From IMG/VR virus record IMGVR_UViG_3300031251_000004, positions 1 through 64,000 of that record: 64,000 nucleotides of DNA. One strand, written 5' to 3'. Made by a program: the position numbers and the translations under genes. The DNA comes from a virus. The notes beneath the pieces are model-generated. The model saw only the letters and a list, made by a program, of their open reading frames with translations, was not told where the DNA came from and did no database searches. Positions 58,261-64,000 of this stretch are shown in pieces (the first letter of the stretch is position 1; every line of letters starts with the position of its first letter).

Positions 58261-60741
58261 CTAACATTTTGAAAAACCACAATCTTTACATCTAAGACAG
58301 CCTTCTTGATATATAAGAGTATTTTCTTGTTTACAAGACGGACATACCTTTTCGCTAGCAGATTTTGCGCCATCCTGAACATAAGATTTTAATACCCTTG
58401 ACATAACCATTGAGAATGAAGTTATATCTGAATATTTATCCTTTTGTAATTGCTCTACAATATATTGTACTGGAACACCGTGTCTTAATGACAACGATAT
58501 GGTTCTTGAGAACGCACCAAAATTAGCGTTCTCAAATACATTTGCAATATCTTTGATTGTCATTTGATCATCATCTTCGCCAACAATTAGGTTATATGTG
58601 GATATACCATCTACTTTACCATTCTTTTGAATCTGACCCGTTTTATGTTTATTTGGTATATCAACATATTTTGATAGCCCGCCGAATGCTTCATATGGCT
58701 GTCCGTTTAGCAAGCCAATAAACATTGTCCACTGCTCACCTTTTATTTTGGCTTTCTTAATATCGCATGGAAGGATGTCTGGTCGTTTTGGAGCCATAGC
58801 TGTGTGAATTATATTTGGACGATTTTCTTTTGATTCATTTTGTTCCATACTAACTAATACTCCAGATCTACACCCATCACGATATACTGTAAATCCTTTT
58901 GTTCCAGATTCCCATGCCTTCATATATACTTCAGATACTAATTCTTTAGTTGCTGAATTAGGAAGATTACAAGTTTTTGATATAGCATGACAAGTCCACT
59001 TTTGAGCAACTGCTTGCAAATCTACACTTGCGACCCAGTCAATTTCATTTGATGTTGCTTGCCAATAAGGAGACTTTTTAATATTAGTTTCGCCTGTAAT
59101 TTTCATCCATTTTTTTACGCCATGATGATATACATTGAATTCCTGCCACTTATCACCAAGCTGATCGGTAAAATCTACTTTAGCATTTTTATCTGATGAA
59201 TTAATTTTCTTTCTTCGTTTATATTCCAAAAGAAATGGAGGTTCAATACCCGAAGTTGTTTGAGTTAATGTTGATACGCTGCCAGCAGGAGCCGTAGTAA
59301 GTAATGCTATATTCCTTCTGCCATTCTTTTTATATATTTCATAAGTTTTTTTATCAGCTTTCCATATCTGTTCTAAAAACTCATGACCTTTTTCTTTTTC
59401 AAAAGAAAATACTGGGAATGTCCCTCGTTCTCCAGCCATAATACAGGTAGAACGATAGCATCCTATTGCTAAATGTTTATATATTTTTTCGGTTATCTCT
59501 ATTGATTCTTTAGATCCGTATTTTATATTTAGCATTGCTATACAGTCACCAACGCCAGTTATACCAGTTCCGGTTCTTCGCCCATTTATACATGCCTGTT
59601 TTACCTTATCCCATAACTCCAATTCAATTGCTTTGACATTTGCGGGTTCGGGATCTTTTTTTATTTTTGCTATTATTTTATCAATTGATTCAATTTCAAG
59701 ATCAATCATATCATCCATTAATCGCTGCGCTTTAATTGAATGATCTAAAAATAGATTAAAATCAAAATCAGCATCTTTTGTAAATGGATTATTTACATAT
59801 GATGTAAGATTTATTAACAACAATCTACAACTATCATATGCTGACAAAATCAATTCGGAGCAAGGATTTGTTGATATTGATTTATACCCCATATCATTAT
59901 ATATATCTGATGGCGTTCTTCGCAAGGAAGTATCCCAAAATAATAATCCAGGCTCAGCACTTGTATGAGCCGCATCTATAATTTCATCCCATATTTCTTT
60001 TGCATTAATATAATTAGACACTTCAGGGGTATCAGAATCAACCGGCCAACGAAGCTGATACTGTTCGTTATTTTTTACTGCTTTCATGAATTCATCTGAC
60101 AATTGCAATGATATATTTGCTCCAGTTACTTTTTTTAAATCTTTTTTTATATTTATAAATGTTCGTACTTCTGGATGATGAATAGAACAGGTTATCATGA
60201 GCGCGCCTCTTCGCCCAGACTGTCCAACCTCTCTAATTGTATTAGAGAATCTTTCCATAAACATACCAATACCATCTGTTGTTTTTGCAGCATTCGCTGT
60301 AGCAACTCCTTTTGGTCGTAATGTTGATATATTGAGACCAACGCCACCTCTTCGTTTTGATATTTGAGCGAGTTCCTGATCTGTTTTTAAAATACCCCCA
60401 TAAGAATCATATGGGCTTTCAACAACAAAACAATTAGACAAACTTTGAATTTGATATGAGTTCCCAATAGCAGACATTGGGCTTCCCTGAGGGACAATAT
60501 ACTTGAACTTATCTAGTAACGCAAATATTTCTTTTTCATCCATGGGATTGGGATATTTACTTTCTATTCTTGCAAACTCTTTTGCAAGTCGCCAATGCAT
60601 TTCAGTAGGAGTTAACTCAAGATATTCTCCTTTTTCATTTTGAAGGGCGTATTTATCTGTAAATACTTTACCTGCTAATTCATCACCATCGAAATATTCG
60701 ATACTAGCCTCTAAAACTTGTTCATACGTATATTTTTTCAT
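58261..60741 (-). CDS. nrdJ: Class II (adenosylcobalamin-dependent) ribonucleotide reductase
   Basis: SLSNCF, RRGGVG, TNPCSE, APAGS, GFTVYRDG; C-terminal TSCPD-like domain and CPSC..EGC..C..CG.SKC. Confidence 0.92.
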   Translation of the reverse strand: MKKYTYEQVLEASIEYFDGDELAGKVFTDKYALQNEKGEYLELTPTEMHWRLAKEFARIESKYPNPMDEKEIFALLDKFKYIVPQGSPMSAIGNSYQIQSLSNCFVVESPYDSYGGILKTDQELAQISKRRGGVGLNISTLRPKGVATANAAKTTDGIGMFMERFSNTIREVGQSGRRGALMITCSIHHPEVRTFINIKKDLKKVTGANISLQLSDEFMKAVKNNEQYQLRWPVDSDTPEVSNYINAKEIWDEIIDAAHTSAEPGLLFWDTSLRRTPSDIYNDMGYKSISTNPCSELILSAYDSCRLLLINLTSYVNNPFTKDADFDFNLFLDHSIKAQRLMDDMIDLEIESIDKIIAKIKKDPEPANVKAIELELWDKVKQACINGRRTGTGITGVGDCIAMLNIKYGSKESIEITEKIYKHLAIGCYRSTCIMAGERGTFPVFSFEKEKGHEFLEQIWKADKKTYEIYKKNGRRNIALLTTAPAGSVSTLTQTTSGIEPPFLLEYKRRKKINSSDKNAKVDFTDQLGDKWQEFNVYHHGVKKWMKITGETNIKKSPYWQATSNEIDWVASVDLQAVAQKWTCHAISKTCNLPNSATKELVSEVYMKAWESGTKGFTVYRDGCRSGVLVSMEQNESKENRPNIIHTAMAPKRPDILPCDIKKAKIKGEQWTMFIGLLNGQPYEAFGGLSKYVDIPNKHKTGQIQKNGKVDGISTYNLIVGEDDDQMTIKDIANVFENANFGAFSRTISLSLRHGVPVQYIVEQLQKDKYSDITSFSMVMSRVLKSYVQDGAKSASEKVCPSCKQENTLIYQEGCLRCKDCGFSKC

Positions 60742-60813
60742 TCCTAATCCTTCTCGCATTTAAGATAGTTCTTTACTGCGTTTTCAACAACAACGCTGAA
60801 AACTAAAATCTTT

Positions 60814-61443
60814 TTATAGTCGAATATTTTTTTTCAAAACATCCAACGCGCCGTCAATCATTTTCATACAATAAAAACGTGATAGCTTCATTTTCTTGCA
60901 AACTTTGCTTATTGACAACGGCTTATCGCCATCAACTCCGAATACAAGATTTACTATTTTCTTTTGCTCCTCATTTAAATGATCCATCGCTGAACCAATT
61001 ACTTTAGTTATTTCTAAATCTTCCGTAAGCGTCTCAGGTATATTTTTTTCTTCTTTTAGTTCTGGCATTTTCGTCTCTCTATGAGGCACATTAGCTTTTG
61101 CAAACTTCAACGGGTATCTAATAACTGTATGAGTGTTTGCGCTACGAGTTATTCTAGTTTCTATATACTTATGAGCCCACCAAAAGAAATTTCCTTTACT
61201 AGGATCATAATTATTCATTGCTCGTACTAAGACTTCTAATCCCTCTTGGTTCAAATCTTCATAATTTGAGAACCCCTTATACTTATTGGTTCGCATCGAT
61301 ATCAGGTAAAAAAACTTATCTATACATATTTGTTCGTGTTTCTTGTATTCTGCTATATCCGTCTGACTTTTTGTTTCCTCACTTTTATTTCGTAGTTGAA
61401 TTAATGTCATCATGAGATTTTGAGCTTCTTCAATAGATATCAT
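60814..61443 (-). CDS. Phage RNA polymerase sigma factor (sigma70 family)
   Basis: Region 2 EDLNQEG..A..YDPSKG.F..WA and region 4 HTH; likely start MISIEE at 61443. Confidence 0.85.
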   Translation of the reverse strand: MISIEEAQNLMMTLIQLRNKSEETKSQTDIAEYKKHEQICIDKFFYLISMRTNKYKGFSNYEDLNQEGLEVLVRAMNNYDPSKGNFFWWAHKYIETRITRSANTHTVIRYPLKFAKANVPHRETKMPELKEEKNIPETLTEDLEITKVIGSAMDHLNEEQKKIVNLVFGVDGDKPLSISKVCKKMKLSRFYCMKMIDGALDVLKKNIRL

Positions 61444-61484
61444 TCTTACCAGCCTTTTGATGGCATTAGCGCCAACAATTAACC

Positions 61485-61512
61485 AATATAAGACATAGAA
61501 AAAGAATGTCAA
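61485..61512 (-). promoter_or_regulatory. sigma70-type promoter of the sigma factor gene
   Basis: TTGACA-N16-TATATT. Confidence 0.55.
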
Positions 61513-61573
61513 GGTATTGGATGACTATTTTTGTGTTTGTAGTAAAAAATATATCTTGTTAGTGATAGAAAAC

Positions 61574-61771
61574 TTACTTTGAGTATCGATCTTTTGCCCA
61601 TCCACCCCCAACCAGCGTGAAACTTGTTTGTGAAATCAAACGCTTAGGCGGCGGACTAATTTTATTATTTTCTTTACATGTAGGACACTCTTGTAATGGC
61701 TCGTCATGAACTGACTGAACTGCCTCGAACTCTTTATCGCAAATTTCACAATAATAACAATAGGTTGCCAT
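61574..61771 (-). CDS. FmdB-family zinc ribbon protein
   Basis: Y.Y.CEIC..FE..Q...CPTC...RLIS..F.L.GGGW. Confidence 0.85.
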   Translation of the reverse strand: MATYCYYCEICDKEFEAVQSVHDEPLQECPTCKENNKISPPPKRLISQTSFTLVGGGWAKDRYSK

Positions 61772-61772
61772 T

Positions 61773-62003
61773 CTATTTTCCCTTATTCATAATCTTATTA
61801 ATTACGTCTTGCGCTATCTTATTAGCTTCATCTTCTGATATTATATTTGTTTTTACTTTGCTATCTACTTCGGTTAGTATTTTTTGAATACGTTTTAGAT
61901 TTCGCGATGGCTTTGGCGTTTTGCCTTGTTGCACATCATCGAATGCTTTTTTCAATTCTTTGATGGCGAAATCAATTACTTGTTTTTTATTATCATCTGG
62001 CAT
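61773..62003 (-). CDS. Hypothetical protein
   Basis: AGGA RBS; coupled ORF. Confidence 0.6.
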   Translation of the reverse strand: MPDDNKKQVIDFAIKELKKAFDDVQQGKTPKPSRNLKRIQKILTEVDSKVKTNIISEDEANKIAQDVINKIMNKGK

Positions 62004-62012
62004 TTTGATTTC

Positions 62013-62330
62013 CTATATTAGGAGTAAAAACTTATTTATATGTTCTTCTACTTCAATAATTTTTATTGTTAAATAATCAATCTTGGTAAATGAAACAATA
62101 TATCGTTCGCTAAAATCTGATTTATCACTTAATTTTATTAGGTTTGCTTGTTGTCTATCTATGCTACGAATATAATCGAGCAGATCACCTTTATCATCCA
62201 TCATGGTATGAACTATTTTAGTATAATAGTTTTCTATTTTTCCATTAACAAAATTAGGATGCTTTTTATTAAAAAGAAACTTGTCTGCTACGCCGTAATA
62301 GATTTTATCGGGGTCGATTTCTTTTTCCAC
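62013..62330 (-). CDS. Hypothetical protein, C-terminus HINKFLLLI
   Basis: ORF in operon. Confidence 0.6.
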   Translation of the reverse strand: MEKEIDPDKIYYGVADKFLFNKKHPNFVNGKIENYYTKIVHTMMDDKGDLLDYIRSIDRQQANLIKLSDKSDFSERYIVSFTKIDYLTIKIIEVEEHINKFLLLI

Positions 62331-62625
62331 GATCTAGTCCTTGTTGAATTTGTTCATACTTGGCTTCACCTATGAAATTGGAGTATACTTTTTCTGAACT
62401 ATATAATTCTTTCTGAAACTTTTGAGCGTCTTCTTTTGTTTTTGCTGTTAGCTCATGTCCTGTTAGTTCAACAATGCCCCTCCCGCCCAGACTAATTAAA
62501 TGTATTATGTTTCCTTTGGCATTACATTTGGGGCAGGTGTCTGGATCAGGCGCTTTTATTGATTGTTCTAATTCCCATTCGTGATTACATTCTGGCGATT
62601 CATGTTTAAATTCATATACTGGCAT
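62305..62625 (-). CDS. FmdB-like zinc ribbon protein (HxxxxC variant)
   Basis: MPVYEFKHESPECNHEWE...CPKC..HLIS. Confidence 0.75.
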   Translation of the reverse strand: MPVYEFKHESPECNHEWELEQSIKAPDPDTCPKCNAKGNIIHLISLGGRGIVELTGHELTAKTKEDAQKFQKELYSSEKVYSNFIGEAKYEQIQQGLDRGKRNRPR

Positions 62626-62626
62626 T

Positions 62627-64000
62627 TTATTCCTTTATTTTTCCTATCCGATCTGATATATCATCAGGATCGGTTTTTGTAACACTGTTGCTATAGCTTG
62701 GATCATTTATTAACGCACAACATGCGTAATTTTTTAAGGCCTTTCCTTTACCAAGCTCTGTTCGTCTAGATTTTATAATATGCATCGTGATATCTGGTTC
62801 TTCTGGCGGGCGTTTTTCTATTTGTATTCCGAAGTTAGCATTATGCATTATCATTTTGCTGCGGCCAATACGATGTAGCCCAATCTGATTTTCCATTGCC
62901 TTCTTACCTTGCATAATATCATTTAATTGAACCGCACTCAACATAATAATTTCATGAACACGGGCGAACTCGCTTAACTGCTCACTTATTTTACCAAGTT
63001 TCAACCAGTCATCCATATTTTCATCTCTGGTATAATCCATCAATGACAAATAATCTACTACCATAACTTTTGGTTTCTTACGTGTAAGAACTATATCATT
63101 GAATATCAGCTCAATGGTTTCTATTGTGGCTCCGCGTGGTATATCAACGATCTCAAAATCAAATGGATACTGCTTTACAAACTTTAAACATTTAGTCAGT
63201 CTCTTTTGCTCATCATCGGTTAACTTTGCATCACGAATACCCTTTTGCGGTATCATACCTAATCTTGCTAATATACGTTCTTGCATATCATTGAATGGCA
63301 TTTCAAGACTTATATATAATATATCAGTACCTTCTCTGAAATCTCTTTCCATATCAATTGTATTACCTTGAAGCCACATATTCATTGCCATATTCATTAG
63401 CAACATTGACTTGCCGCCGCCTGTATCTGCACCAATCAATAACATTTCCGATGGGCGCATGCCGCCCGTTGTAAAATCAAAAAAACTATATCCTGTTGGC
63501 ATACCAATACCAAAATTAGGATCCTTTAATTTTGCTACATACCTATTCTTAAAATCATCAGCAGCGCCCTTTAATGTATTTTGTTCATATGCTTTGAGTT
63601 GATTTATATTTTTGATATTATTTAATACTGATTGAATATCACCAATACTCTTTTTTAAATCTAAATTATCTGCTTGACTTGTTAGTCCGTCTTTTAGATT
63701 ATGAATAAGCTTTTCCGAATACCTCTTCTTTAATTTTTCTAAATCGTGCTTATATTCTTTATCATCATAATTGAATGCCATTATCCTATCGAATAATTGA
63801 TCTGTGTGCTCAGCGAATGCTTTATTTTTAGCAGGATCAATACGCTCTAATATTACACGCTTAGTAGGCACATCTTTATATACACGAATATATTCAATAA
63901 CCAATTTAGCAAAACGCCAAGCGCTCGGATCAAACAACTTCTCATTGCAATCGTGCGCAAACTCCAATGCGTATTTACGATTGGTTAGAATTGTTTTTAA
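62627..64000 (-). CDS. dnaB: DnaB-like replicative helicase (5' end outside the window)
   Basis: GADTGGGKS, ISLEM, VVDYL, SAVQLN; frame open to the window edge. Confidence 0.9.
   Translation of the reverse strand, partial: LKTILTNRKYALEFAHDCNEKLFDPSAWRFAKLVIEYIRVYKDVPTKRVILERIDPAKNKAFAEHTDQLFDRIMAFNYDDKEYKHDLEKLKKRYSEKLIHNLKDGLTSQADNLDLKKSIGDIQSVLNNIKNINQLKAYEQNTLKGAADDFKNRYVAKLKDPNFGIGMPTGYSFFDFTTGGMRPSEMLLIGADTGGGKSMLLMNMAMNMWLQGNTIDMERDFREGTDILYISLEMPFNDMQERILARLGMIPQKGIRDAKLTDDEQKRLTKCLKFVKQYPFDFEIVDIPRGATIETIELIFNDIVLTRKKPKVMVVDYLSLMDYTRDENMDDWLKLGKISEQLSEFARVHEIIMLSAVQLNDIMQGKKAMENQIGLHRIGRSKMIMHNANFGIQIEKRPPEEPDITMHIIKSRRTELGKGKALKNYACCALINDPSYSNSVTKTDPDDISDRIGKIKE

Noticed and set aside
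61444-61512. Hydrophobic N-terminal extension (membrane anchor) on the sigma factor
   Set aside because: The TTG start is the -35 box TTGACA of the gene's own promoter; the real start is likely ATG at 61443.
1-64000. Genome-wide stop-codon reassignment (TAG=Gln)
   Set aside because: Long genes are intact in the standard code, and TAG ends nrdJ at its canonical SKC terminus as well as several other tightly packed genes.
58261-64000. Inteins or introns in nrdJ or dnaB
   Set aside because: Both frames are continuous, of ordinary length, and lack splicing motifs.

Overview
64 kb segment of a large (jumbo-type) dsDNA tailed phage genome. 1-~4.6 kb is a higher-GC island of small minus-strand genes separated by a family of RNA hairpins, with a highly structured non-coding tract and tandem sigma54-like promoters upstream. 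~4.6-5.15 kb is a sharp G/C strand-skew switch with iteron-like repeats. 5.1-12 kb holds AT-rich small hypothetical genes, many sharing a hydrophobic C-terminal motif. 12-20.5 kb is a nucleotide/translation module (peptidase, dUTPase, HD phosphohydrolase, DEDDh exonuclease, IF-1, IMPDH/GMPR, nuclease plus adenine MTase, ThyX, LAGLIDADG). 20.6-54.5 kb is a large cluster of Gly/Thr/Ser-rich modular fibre/virion proteins, interrupted by a GT-B glycosyltransferase/HAD/exonuclease/FAD-oxidoreductase cassette. 54.6-64 kb carries MetAP, PIN-PhoH, class II RNR, a sigma factor, two FmdB zinc ribbons and a partial DnaB. The most striking unexplained signal is about 32 copies of the tripeptide D-G-Y, found in predicted virion proteins (and one orphan) but not seen in the enzymes, and gained independently at non-equivalent repeat positions. 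This suggests a phage modification or binding sequon. All calls are from motif recognition by eye; no database searches were run.
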